Part shown: one piece after another, positions 30,707 through 39,119 of the stretch | How positions within the stretch are numbered: the stretch's first letter is position 1 | Layout of the letters: each line of letters begins with the position of its first letter | Assembly (NCBI GenBank): GCA_965216755.1 | Contig: CBDCGL010000011.1 | Location: forward strand, 2,272,001 to 2,336,000 | Source of the DNA: Alphaproteobacteria bacterium | GTDB taxonomy: Bacteria > Pseudomonadota > Alphaproteobacteria > UBA7887 | Direction: 5' to 3' | DNA: 64,000 nucleotides | Made by a program: the position numbers and the translations under genes | Notes under the pieces: generated by a model | Database searches by the model: none | Told to the model about the DNA's origin: nothing | What the model saw: only the letters and a program-made list of their open reading frames with translations

Positions 30707-31960
30707 TTACGAGCTTGCTGGCTCCGGCGGCTCCAAAGAAGGTTCGCGGCTACGCCCATAGATGATGGCAGCCCCGCCAACCAACACGGCCAAAAACCAG
30801 AACATCGCGCTGTAGGCTTCGGGCGGCCGGGCGCCGCCAACGGTTGCGAATGCGCCGACGATCCAGCCACTGATGACTTGCATCAATCCGACACCGCCAA
30901 AATTGAATAGGTTGGCGACGGTCAAGCCGCGTCCCACCATAGTTTGCGGAAACAAGCTGCGCACATGTGTCACCAAGACGACGGGATAAGCGCCCGCGAA
31001 CCCCGCCAGTCCGAACATGATGTACAAGGTTGCGGGGCCGCCCGGCGGCAGCAGCGCCAAAACAACACAGGTCGCCGACAATATACCGGCACCGAGACAG
31101 GCCAGCCATCTCAGGGATGGCGCAAAGCGAGCCATGGCGCCATAGGCCAATGTCCCCGCCATGGCCATGATCGACATGCCCATCAGCACGTTGGCCGCGG
31201 CGACGACGCCGAGCCCTTGGACTTCCTTCAGATACGGCGCCCCCCAAAGACCCAAGATCGTGGCGACACTGGCGTAGGAGACCGCGTTCAACGGTAGAAC
31301 GAAATGTAATTGGCGGTTGGCGAGAACGGTCCCGACGCCGCGCACCGCCGTAACAAGAGTCTCGCGAGAACCGGTCGGAGGCGGCGTGCCCGGTGGCCGA
31401 TCACGCACCATCAGCCAAATGACCCCCGCGGTCATAACGGTGATTGCCGCGATCCCGACAAAGGCGCCACGCCAGCCGACGGCTTCGGCAACCAATGCCA
31501 ACGGTGTGGTGGCGATCAGTCCGCCAGCACTGCCGACCGACATAACGATGGACGCCAGAAACGGAAATTGCCGCGGCGGGAACCATCGTGACACGAGTAC
31601 CAATGCGCCGATATAGGCGGTCGCACATCCGAGACCGGTGATCCCGCGACCAATCGCAAGCACGGTCGCCGAGGGCGCCGCCGCAAAGATCACGGCGCCG
31701 ATCGCCGCAACAACAAAAAGAGTCGCGTTAACCGCGCGCGGCCCGAAACGATCAATGAAAACACCCGCGGGCACTTGCGTTACCGCAAACACCAGGAAGA
31801 ACATGCCGCCAAGTACACCCAGCGCTTCGGCCGACAAACGCATATCCGCGATCAGCGACGGCGCCAAAACACCGACCGACGTGCGGTAGAAATGGCTCAA
31901 TGTGTAGCTCAGACAAAGCACGACCATCAGGACGAGGCTCGCACGCGCACGTCTGTCCAT
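30707..31960 (-). CDS. MFS transporter
   Basis: GVFIDRFGPR motif A, about 12 TM segments. Confidence 0.9.
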   Translation of the reverse strand: MDRRARASLVLMVVLCLSYTLSHFYRTSVGVLAPSLIADMRLSAEALGVLGGMFFLVFAVTQVPAGVFIDRFGPRAVNATLFVVAAIGAVIFAAAPSATVLAIGRGITGLGCATAYIGALVLVSRWFPPRQFPFLASIVMSVGSAGGLIATTPLALVAEAVGWRGAFVGIAAITVMTAGVIWLMVRDRPPGTPPPTGSRETLVTAVRGVGTVLANRQLHFVLPLNAVSYASVATILGLWGAPYLKEVQGLGVVAAANVLMGMSIMAMAGTLAYGAMARFAPSLRWLACLGAGILSATCVVLALLPPGGPATLYIMFGLAGFAGAYPVVLVTHVRSLFPQTMVGRGLTVANLFNFGGVGLMQVISGWIVGAFATVGGARPPEAYSAMFWFLAVLVGGAAIIYGRSREPSLEPPEPASS

Positions 31961-32256
31961 TTGCCGAATTCCGATATGCGGGGACGTACTGGGTGGGTCG
32001 CGCAACCGTTAACAATGCCACGAAGCCCTTGTCAATATTGCCGCGCAGCACCTTCGATCCCCCAAGGACAAAGGCCCCCGCCTGGTCCACGTCGGGGTCA
32101 TTGTCGTTGAGCCATGTCATTTCATGTTGTTTTTGTGGCGCGGCATTGAAACAATGCCGGCCCTTCGTGCGCATTCACGAGAGCACGCTGCCGGGCTTTC
32201 AGAACAAGAACTAACGGAGCGCCCATGGTGCAGCTCGGCACACTCAAGGGGGGACA

Positions 32257-32937
32257 ATGGAGTTACTGATTGCCGTCAGCCGCGGGCTGGATGCGTTCGT
32301 AACACGCGTCGGCAAATGGGCAGCTTGGCTTCTTTTGCCGATGATGGCCGTGATCATCATTGACGTCATCACTCGCAAATTTGGCCTGCTGACCGTATTG
32401 CGCGACGGCCTAACCACCAGCGGCGCGGACGGTTCGGCCAAATTCGTCGAAACCTATCTCACGTCTACCAAGTTCCAGGAGCTCGAATGGCACTTACACG
32501 CGGCGCTGTTCTTGCTGTGTCTGGCATTCGGATACACAAAGAACTCGCACGTGCGAATTGAGATCGTGCGCGAGCGTTTCGATCGTCAGACCAAGGCGTG
32601 GTTGGAGGTGATCGGCTGCGTGTTTTTTGTCGTCCCCTACGCCTCGTTGGTCCTCTATTTCGGCATGGACTTCGCCGAAAGGTCCTTTTCCATGAATGAG
32701 GTTTCCTCGGCGCTGACCGGCCTCAGCCACCGTTGGATCATCAAGTCGTTTGTCCCCATCGGAATGGTCCTGCTGCTGATGGGCACGGTCGCGGTCTTGT
32801 TGCGCAATTTGGTGTTTTTGTTCGGCCCCAAGAACCTGCAGGACGAAGCCTACAATATGGCAATGGAACTGCATCGCCCCGAAGACGAGCTGCGTATGGC
32901 CAAAGAGGCGTTAGCCAACAGCAAGAAGGCGGAGTAG
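32257..32937 (+). CDS. dctQ: TRAP transporter small permease
   Basis: QELEWHL...HVRIE, 4 TM segments, upstream of dctM. Confidence 0.88.
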   Translation: MELLIAVSRGLDAFVTRVGKWAAWLLLPMMAVIIIDVITRKFGLLTVLRDGLTTSGADGSAKFVETYLTSTKFQELEWHLHAALFLLCLAFGYTKNSHVRIEIVRERFDRQTKAWLEVIGCVFFVVPYASLVLYFGMDFAERSFSMNEVSSALTGLSHRWIIKSFVPIGMVLLLMGTVAVLLRNLVFLFGPKNLQDEAYNMAMELHRPEDELRMAKEALANSKKAE

Positions 32938-32941
32938 CACC

Positions 32942-34309
32942 ATGGATTTCGTTGATCTTCTACCCGTCTTCATGTTCGCGACACTGGCAGTACTGCTTTT
33001 CAGCGGCTATCCGGTGGCTTGGATTCTGGGTGGCGCGGGCATCGGATTCGGTTTTATCGGCCTGTATTTCGATGTCTTCTCGTTCATTGAGTTCTTCAAC
33101 ATCATATCGCGCATATGGGGTAGCGCGGCGGAAAGCCTAATCCTTGTCGCAGTGCCCATGTTCATTTTTATGGGCACAATGTTGGAACGGTCGGGCGTCG
33201 CCAATGACCTGCTCCACTGCCTGCAGGTCTTGCTGCGTCGCGTGCCGGGCGGCTTGGCGTTGTCTGTGACGATCATGGGCACGATCATGGCCGCGACGAC
33301 CGGCATTATCGGTGCATCCGTCGTTATGATGACGCTGCTGGCACTGCCGATCATGATCGATCGCGACTACTATGTGCCGCTCGCCACCGGAACCATCGCC
33401 GCGTCCGGTACCCTCGGTATTTTGATACCGCCAAGCATCATGCTGGTGATTATGGCCGACCTCTTGTCGATCTCGGTCGGCACGTTGTTCCTGGCCGCGA
33501 TCTTGCCAGGGCTGGTGCTGTCCGGTTTGTACTTGGTCTACATATTCTTGCGCACGCGCATCAATCCGCAATTGGCACCGCCTCTGCCAGGAAATATCGG
33601 GCCCGAGAGCCGCGCGGCACTTTTCACCATGGTGATGCGCAGTTTCGTGCCGCCGATTATGTTGATCGTTTTCGTGCTGGGTTCAATTTTCGCCGGGTGG
33701 GCAACACCGACCGAGGCTGCCGGGGTTGGCGCTTTGGGGGCTGTGCTGCTGGCGATATTCAATCGGAAATTGAATTTCCCAGTGTTGAAGGATGTGTTGG
33801 AACGCTCGGCGCTGACCGTCGCCATGATTTTCGGCATTTTCATCGGCGCGACCTGTTTCTCATACGTCTATCGGTCGCTCGGCGGCGATGACCTTGTCCA
33901 TGAATTCGTCACCCATATCGGCTTGGGCTCTTGGGGTCTGCTGTTCTTGATGATGGGCATGGTGTTCGCGCTCGGCTTTTTCTTCGATTGGATCGAAATC
34001 ACGCTGATCGTTCTTCCGCTTTTCGCACCGATCATGCGGACGATGGATTTCGGTAATCATATCCCCTTTGCCGTCGATATCGTGCCGTGGATCGCCATCC
34101 TGCTGGCTGTTAACCTGCAGACATCTTTTTTGACGCCCCCATTCGGTTTTGCGTTGTTCTATATGAAAGGTGTCGCACCACCGATGGTCAAGATGCAGCA
34201 GATTTATCGGGGCATCATTCCATTTGTGGCACTGCAGCTGCTTGGCCTGGCCGCGGTAATCATTTTCCCCGCCCTGGCGCTGTGGTTGCCGCACGTGATG
34301 CTGGATTGA
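32942..34309 (+). CDS. dctM: TRAP transporter large permease
   Basis: SGTLGILIPPSI, ATPTEAAGVG, QTSFLTPPFG. Confidence 0.93.
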   Translation: MDFVDLLPVFMFATLAVLLFSGYPVAWILGGAGIGFGFIGLYFDVFSFIEFFNIISRIWGSAAESLILVAVPMFIFMGTMLERSGVANDLLHCLQVLLRRVPGGLALSVTIMGTIMAATTGIIGASVVMMTLLALPIMIDRDYYVPLATGTIAASGTLGILIPPSIMLVIMADLLSISVGTLFLAAILPGLVLSGLYLVYIFLRTRINPQLAPPLPGNIGPESRAALFTMVMRSFVPPIMLIVFVLGSIFAGWATPTEAAGVGALGAVLLAIFNRKLNFPVLKDVLERSALTVAMIFGIFIGATCFSYVYRSLGGDDLVHEFVTHIGLGSWGLLFLMMGMVFALGFFFDWIEITLIVLPLFAPIMRTMDFGNHIPFAVDIVPWIAILLAVNLQTSFLTPPFGFALFYMKGVAPPMVKMQQIYRGIIPFVALQLLGLAAVIIFPALALWLPHVMLD

Positions 34310-34353
34310 ACGCCAGGCGATGGACCCAGCATTACGACCATGTGGGGCGCGGC

Positions 34354-35154
34354 CTAGGTTGTTTCGGACCGTTGTTCGAGAGCTTGTTGAACCAAGCGCG
34401 CTTGGTCGTCGACTGAAATGTCCGCCACCGACGGCACCTCGAACTTGCGATCTTCGTAGACGACCGCGTCCGGATTGCCGGCCTGCCAAACTTGGGCGGC
34501 GTCATCGCGTTCCTTGAGCAGCCATTCGATTTGCGGTCGGAACAGCCGCAGCATGGCCGTAACCCAGCGATTCGCCGGCCAAGACGGCACCGCATGGTCG
34601 ATGACGAATAGATCGATCAAGCGGCAGACATCGTCAGCCTTGTACCAAGATTCGCCGGTGACCCAGCGATTGGTCGTGAATATCCGAAACGGGTAGCCCG
34701 CGTTGTCCATCGAAATGCCGATGATATGGCTGAGCGCGTCCTTTCCAATCGGCCGTTTGACCGACTCGGGCATGTCAACCGGGCACATCGTCTCCGGCAT
34801 GCCCTTGACCCGCACAAATGTATGGAAATGGCCGTGCTCCGTGCCCCGCAATCCCTGTTTGTGCGCATGATAGTAATATTGGGCATGCGTATCGCGGTCG
34901 TACACGTCACCTTTGGGATAGTGATTCCATTCGGTAAACGTGCCCTGCCCACGCAGCAATTCGCCAACCACATTGGACCCGCCCTTGGTCAGCACACGGT
35001 AGCATTCGGCTATTTCGGCCGCGGCCGCGGCCATCTCTTCGAGCCGCTCGGTCGGTAGAGCCGTGGGCGGCAACGGCCCGCTCGCTGCCTCGCGGCGAAC
35101 CAGTGATTTCTGCAATGCTTCAACATCCAAATTCACCATGACCGCAATCTCCAC
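34354..35154 (-). CDS. Conserved hypothetical His-motif protein (DUF6969-like, recalled from memory)
   Basis: WNHYP..DVYD...QYYYHAH...EHGHFHTF...HIIGISMD..GYP..FTTNRWVTGE. Confidence 0.7.
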   Translation of the reverse strand: MEIAVMVNLDVEALQKSLVRREAASGPLPPTALPTERLEEMAAAAAEIAECYRVLTKGGSNVVGELLRGQGTFTEWNHYPKGDVYDRDTHAQYYYHAHKQGLRGTEHGHFHTFVRVKGMPETMCPVDMPESVKRPIGKDALSHIIGISMDNAGYPFRIFTTNRWVTGESWYKADDVCRLIDLFVIDHAVPSWPANRWVTAMLRLFRPQIEWLLKERDDAAQVWQAGNPDAVVYEDRKFEVPSVADISVDDQARLVQQALEQRSETT

Positions 35155-35165
35155 ATTTCAGGCGC

Positions 35166-35330
35166 TAGAGAAGTGTCCGACAATCTTGAACCATTCTGCC
35201 AGAGCGCATTTTCGTCAAGATCAAGTCACTGTCCGGAGGGCGTATCAGAAATACGGCTAAGAACATCGCCGTCGAGATTGTCACAAAATCGCTCCGGCAG
35301 AATGGTTCAATATGGTCGGAAAGTGCTCTA
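35166..35330. mobile_element. 165-bp non-autonomous MITE-like element with about 41-bp imperfect terminal inverted repeats
   Basis: TAGAGAAGTGTCCGACAATCTTGAACCATTCTGCCAGAGCG ... CGCTCCGGCAGAATGGTTCAATATGGTCGGAAAGTGCTCTA; ends TAGAG/CTCTA. Confidence 0.75.
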
Positions 35331-36188
35331 ATTTGTGGGCTCGCGTACCAAACGGAAGCCTATCAAGATGTGCTTGATATCGGCCGGGCGCGAATGCCGC
35401 GCCGCCGGCCGACAAACGCCGCAGCCTCGGTCGTCCCAAGAGCCTCCTTTGACAATGTAGCGGCCATTTTGGCCAGGCGTCACTGTCCACTCGAACACTT
35501 GCCCAGCCATGTCCAGGGCCCCGAACGGGCTTACGCCGCGCGGGAATCGGCCGACGGGCGTGGTCGCGAACGGACCCAAATCATGGCTGTTCAGCCGCAT
35601 CGGGTCGAATTCGTTGCCCCAGGGAAACCACCGACCATCGGCGCCACGTGCGGCTTTTTCCCATTCCAACTCGGTCGGCAGACGCCAGGTCTGAGCCGTC
35701 CGCTCACTCAGCCACCCGGCATAGGCGTGCGCATCGGCGATAGTCACCAACACCACGGGATGGTCATCGCGCCCTGGTGGCGGGCCGCCTTGCCAGCGAT
35801 ATGGTGCTGTCCGTTCATAGGGGTGGATCAGCCGATAAGACGCCCATGTCTCAGGGTCAACATCCGGCTCTTGCCGCCAGTGCCCAAGAACCGCAGCCTC
35901 ATATTGTGCGTTGGTGATCGGCGTTCTGGTAATCCAAAAACCACCTGTTTCATGGATTTCGCGTGGTCGCTCGCGATCGTACCAACCGCGTTCGCGGGTG
36001 CGACTGTGGCCGTATGCCGCCTCGTCCAATTGGTAGGCCGCCTCGCGCTCCGCCGAATCGGAACCGGCGAAAAACGGCCCCGCCGGTACCCAGACGACAT
36101 CGGGAATAACGACATCGTCCGCAACAACGCAGGCGCCCGTGAACGTGGCCCCCAACACCAAAACAGCTCCAGCGATCAAATCGCGCAT
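35328..36188 (-). CDS. Exported FGE-sulfatase-fold protein (SUMF1/EgtB/PvdO/NirV family)
   Basis: VPAGPFFAGS, TPITNAQY, HPVVLV, RLPTELEWEKAARG, DMAGQVFEW, KGGSWDDRGCGVCRPAAR, IGFRLV; hydrophobic N-terminus; start approximate. Confidence 0.9.
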   Translation of the reverse strand: MRDLIAGAVLVLGATFTGACVVADDVVIPDVVWVPAGPFFAGSDSAEREAAYQLDEAAYGHSRTRERGWYDRERPREIHETGGFWITRTPITNAQYEAAVLGHWRQEPDVDPETWASYRLIHPYERTAPYRWQGGPPPGRDDHPVVLVTIADAHAYAGWLSERTAQTWRLPTELEWEKAARGADGRWFPWGNEFDPMRLNSHDLGPFATTPVGRFPRGVSPFGALDMAGQVFEWTVTPGQNGRYIVKGGSWDDRGCGVCRPAARHSRPADIKHILIGFRLVREPTN

Positions 36189-36354
36189 TCGCAAATGTCC
36201 GGAATTGCCTTCCTCACCCGCATTAGATAGCCATTTTGTCATGGGCCATGTGTATAGCTGACGCAATTGTGATAACGATAAATGTTGTTCGTTGTTCGCG
36301 TAACACGTTCAATAAGAAACTGAAAACGACCTATAGACCGAGTGGAGGAAAAGC

Positions 36355-36612
36355 ATGAAACCGATCCTGAAGAGCACCCGCACCCGTCTTCTTTCCAGCA
36401 CCGTCGTGATTGCTGCCGCATTGGCAATGGCGCAGCCGGCCGCTGCCCAATGCAACGCCTGCAATCCGTGCGGTGCCGAAGCCGCGTGTAGTGCCTGCAA
36501 TCCTTGCAATCCCTGCGCCGCAGCCGCGTGCAATCCTTGCAATCCCTGCGCCGCAGCCGCGTGCAATCCTTGCAATCCCTGCAGTGCATGCAATCCTTGC
36601 AGCGCTGAATAA
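36355..36612 (+). CDS. Secreted Cys-rich CNPC-repeat peptide (85 aa)
   Basis: GGAGG SD; Sec-type signal ending PAAA; 54-aa mature part with 15 Cys and 8 NPC units; followed by a terminator. Confidence 0.88.
   Translation: MKPILKSTRTRLLSSTVVIAAALAMAQPAAAQCNACNPCGAEAACSACNPCNPCAAAACNPCNPCAAAACNPCNPCSACNPCSAE
36496..36582 (+). repeat. 33-bp coding tandem repeat (2 full copies plus 1 partial)
   Basis: TGCAATCCTTGCAATCCCTGCGCCGCAGCCGCG at 36496 and 36529, partial at 36562; encodes [11 protein letters not shown]. Confidence 0.9.
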
Positions 36613-36635
36613 GGATCTGTGATAGGTTCAAGAAC

Positions 36636-36665
36636 TGCCTTGGCCAAGGCCAAGGCATTTTTTTT
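36636..36665 (+). terminator. Intrinsic terminator after the CNPC peptide gene
   Basis: TGCCTTGGCC-AA-GGCCAAGGCA followed by T8. Confidence 0.85.
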
Positions 36666-36728
36666 GTCAGCATTGTTTGGACCCGCCGACAGGCAAACGA
36701 TCATCGTTGGGATTAGGCACCACCAACC

Positions 36729-37229
36729 ATGACCTTGACCGACACCGTACCGCCAAGGCGTTCAGCAATACCCAGTGGTACACTAAGATATTTCTTGGCG
36801 ATAGTTTGGCTATTCGCCTGGACCGTCGGCGTTGCACGTGCCGATGGCGAGGTCGGCTCCGAAATCAGCGCCCCCGATGCGCTTGCCTTGGTGGAAAGAA
36901 ACGATCTTACGATCATCGACGTCCGCCGGCCTTCGGAGTGGCGCGACACGGGCCTGCCAGTCGGCGCCGTCGGCATCAGCATCCACAATATGATCTACCT
37001 GGAACGCAGTGCTTTCATCGACGATGTCCGCGACGCGGTCGGCGGCCAGACCAACCGACCCATTGCTGTGATTTGTGCGGCCGGGGTGCGTTCGGCGCGT
37101 GCCCAAGAGCTGTTGAGAGAAGCCGGATTTACTGCCGTCGTCGACATCAACGAAGGCATGCTCGGCAATGGTCATGCCCCGGGTTGGATGGCCCGGGCCC
37201 TGCCGACGGTCCCTTGCCCGAATTGCTAA
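36729..37229 (+). CDS. Exported rhodanese-like protein
   Basis: Signal-like ...VGVARA|DG, IIDVRRPSEW, active-site loop ICAAGVRS, EGM..W...LP, C-terminal CPNC. Confidence 0.88.
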   Translation: MTLTDTVPPRRSAIPSGTLRYFLAIVWLFAWTVGVARADGEVGSEISAPDALALVERNDLTIIDVRRPSEWRDTGLPVGAVGISIHNMIYLERSAFIDDVRDAVGGQTNRPIAVICAAGVRSARAQELLREAGFTAVVDINEGMLGNGHAPGWMARALPTVPCPNC

Positions 37230-37433
37230 CGCGTGGCGCAGATCAACCCTGAGTCGGTACTTCCCATTCGGCCCGGGACAGGATCATGGGTCAATACATA
37301 ACCGTTTCGGTGCCAAAAGGTTGATCGCCATCGCGCGGATCACTAGATTACGGGGCGTCATCGCCCATCCACCCCGCGGCCGCGAGGCGGGCGCACGGCT
37401 CAAAGAAGAATGGTACCGGAGAGGACTAAACTC

Positions 37434-37820
37434 ATGAAATACCGCGACCTGCTTGTCGCTGCCGGTTTTGGCGTGATCGCCGCAGCGGTTTCGATGCCGG
37501 CCTTGGCGCAAGGTGATGCCGAAGCCGGTAAGAAAGTCTTCAATAAATGCAAGGCCTGCCACACCCTTGAGGCAGACGGCAAGAACAAAGTTGGCCCCAA
37601 TCTGCATGGCATTTTTGGTCGCACGGCGGGGGCCGCCGAAGGCTTTAAATACTCTGCTGCAATGCAGGAATCGGGTATTGAGTGGAACGACGAAACAATC
37701 GCTGGGTATTTGGCAAATCCGAAGGAATACTTGCCGAAGAACAAGATGGCCTTCCCAGGCTTGAAAAAAGAAGACGATCTCGCAAACGTGATTGCGTATT
37801 TGAAAGAGAACACCCAGTAA
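37434..37820 (+). CDS. Cytochrome c2/c550
   Basis: Signal peptide, [37 protein letters not shown]; GAGGA SD. Confidence 0.93.
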   Translation: MKYRDLLVAAGFGVIAAAVSMPALAQGDAEAGKKVFNKCKACHTLEADGKNKVGPNLHGIFGRTAGAAEGFKYSAAMQESGIEWNDETIAGYLANPKEYLPKNKMAFPGLKKEDDLANVIAYLKENTQ

Positions 37821-37847
37821 AGCCAGGGGCAAGATCTCCGTTTTTTG

Positions 37848-37875
37848 GAAGGCCGGAACGCCCGTTCCGGCCTTC
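37848..37875 (+). terminator. Hairpin/terminator after cytochrome c2
   Basis: GAAGGCCGGAACG-CC-CGTTCCGGCCTTC perfect stem. Confidence 0.65.
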
Positions 37876-37964
37876 GTCGTTTGGGCCGTCCGCCTGGGTC
37901 GCACGTTGACCATTCCTGAACTGGCGTGGCAAGTTGGCATTCGTCATATCGGGGAGAGGGACCC

Positions 37965-38561
37965 ATGGAACTCACCGGACGCTATCAAATTCCGGTGCCG
38001 CGTGCGCAGGTCTGGCAAGCCCTCAATGATCCAGACACTTTGCGCGCATGCCTGCCCGGCGTTGAAAGCTTGGAGAAGGTGTCGGAAACCGAATTCGCCG
38101 CGACGGTTGCCGCCAAGGTTGGCCCTGTTAAGGCGAGGTTTTCGGGTCGTGTCACGCTGCACGATCTGGATCCACCAAACAGCTACACGATCAAGGGCGA
38201 AGGCCAAGGTGGAGTCGCCGGTTTCGCGAAAGGCAGCGCCGATGTCGCGCTGGCAGATGCAACCGACGCCGACGGTGGCGGCACGGTACTGAGCTATGTC
38301 GCCGATGCCCAAGTCGGTGGCAAGTTGGCGCAGATCGGCTCGCGCTTGGTCGCTGGAACCGCCAAGAAGATGGCCGATGAATTCTTCGGCGCCCTTGTCG
38401 ACCATATCGCCCCGGCCGCCAGCGCTGCGGATGCCGCGACAGGACAGGTCGGCGCACTCTCCACGCCGCCAAGCGCCGCGCGCTGGACCGCGCCCCCCTG
38501 GCTCTGGGTAAGTGGTCTGATCTTGCTCGTGGCCGCGATCTTGGCGCTGATCGCCGCTTGA
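37965..38561 (+). CDS. coxG: CoxG family (SRPBCC) membrane-anchored accessory protein
   Basis: VWQALNDP..L.ACLPG, KVGPVKARF, GGKLAQIGSRL, C-terminal TM helix. Confidence 0.9.
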   Translation: MELTGRYQIPVPRAQVWQALNDPDTLRACLPGVESLEKVSETEFAATVAAKVGPVKARFSGRVTLHDLDPPNSYTIKGEGQGGVAGFAKGSADVALADATDADGGGTVLSYVADAQVGGKLAQIGSRLVAGTAKKMADEFFGALVDHIAPAASAADAATGQVGALSTPPSAARWTAPPWLWVSGLILLVAAILALIAA

Positions 38562-38644
38562 CCTGATGCCTTTGCGGCCACAGACTTATCAACAAATACG
38601 CCGTGCTCGCGCGTCCGAGCTATTTACATAGGGAGGCAATAATT

Positions 38645-39115
38645 ATGGCCATCACCGTATCGATGACGGTGAACGGCAAGGCCGTGTCGGCAGACGTCGA
38701 AAGCCGAACCTTGCTGGTTCACTATTTGCGCGATCATTTGGGCCTGACGGGAACGCATGTCGGCTGCGATACCAGTCAATGTGGTGCGTGCGTCGTGCAT
38801 GTGGACGGCAAAGCTGTCAAATCCTGCACCATGCTCGCGATCCAGGCCCAAGGCGCCGGCGTTGTTACAATCGAAGGTTTGGCGGATGGCGACCAATTGC
38901 ATCCCATGCAAGCTGCGTTTCGCGAGCATCACGCGCTGCAATGCGGGTTTTGTACGCCAGGGATGGTGATGAGCGCCGTTGACCTGGTGACACGCCACCC
39001 AAATCCGAGCGAAGAGACAGTGCGTGAAGGCCTTGAAGGCAATCTGTGCCGCTGCACCGGCTATCACAATATCGTCAAGGCGATCCAGACCGGCGCCAAG
39101 GCTATGGGAGGTTGA
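38645..39115 (+). CDS. coxS: Molybdo-flavoenzyme 2Fe-2S small subunit
   Basis: [26 protein letters not shown]. Confidence 0.93.
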   Translation: MAITVSMTVNGKAVSADVESRTLLVHYLRDHLGLTGTHVGCDTSQCGACVVHVDGKAVKSCTMLAIQAQGAGVVTIEGLADGDQLHPMQAAFREHHALQCGFCTPGMVMSAVDLVTRHPNPSEETVREGLEGNLCRCTGYHNIVKAIQTGAKAMGG

Positions 39116-39119
39116 GGCG

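Noticed and set aside
31752-32174. 140-aa minus-strand ORF upstream of the MFS gene
   Set aside because: It overlaps the MFS coding region in another frame and has no recognisable features
35328-35480. FGE/C-type-lectin fold as a diversity-generating retroelement target
   Set aside because: No reverse transcriptase or template-repeat copy of the 3' region was seen in the window
36496-36600. Possible CRISPR array
   Set aside because: The repeats are contiguous in-frame coding units without unique spacers, and there are no cas genes
36239-36704. Minus-strand repeat ORFs ([12 protein letters not shown] and [11 protein letters not shown])
   Set aside because: Alternative readings of the CNPC repeat; only the plus-strand frame has an SD, a signal peptide and a terminator
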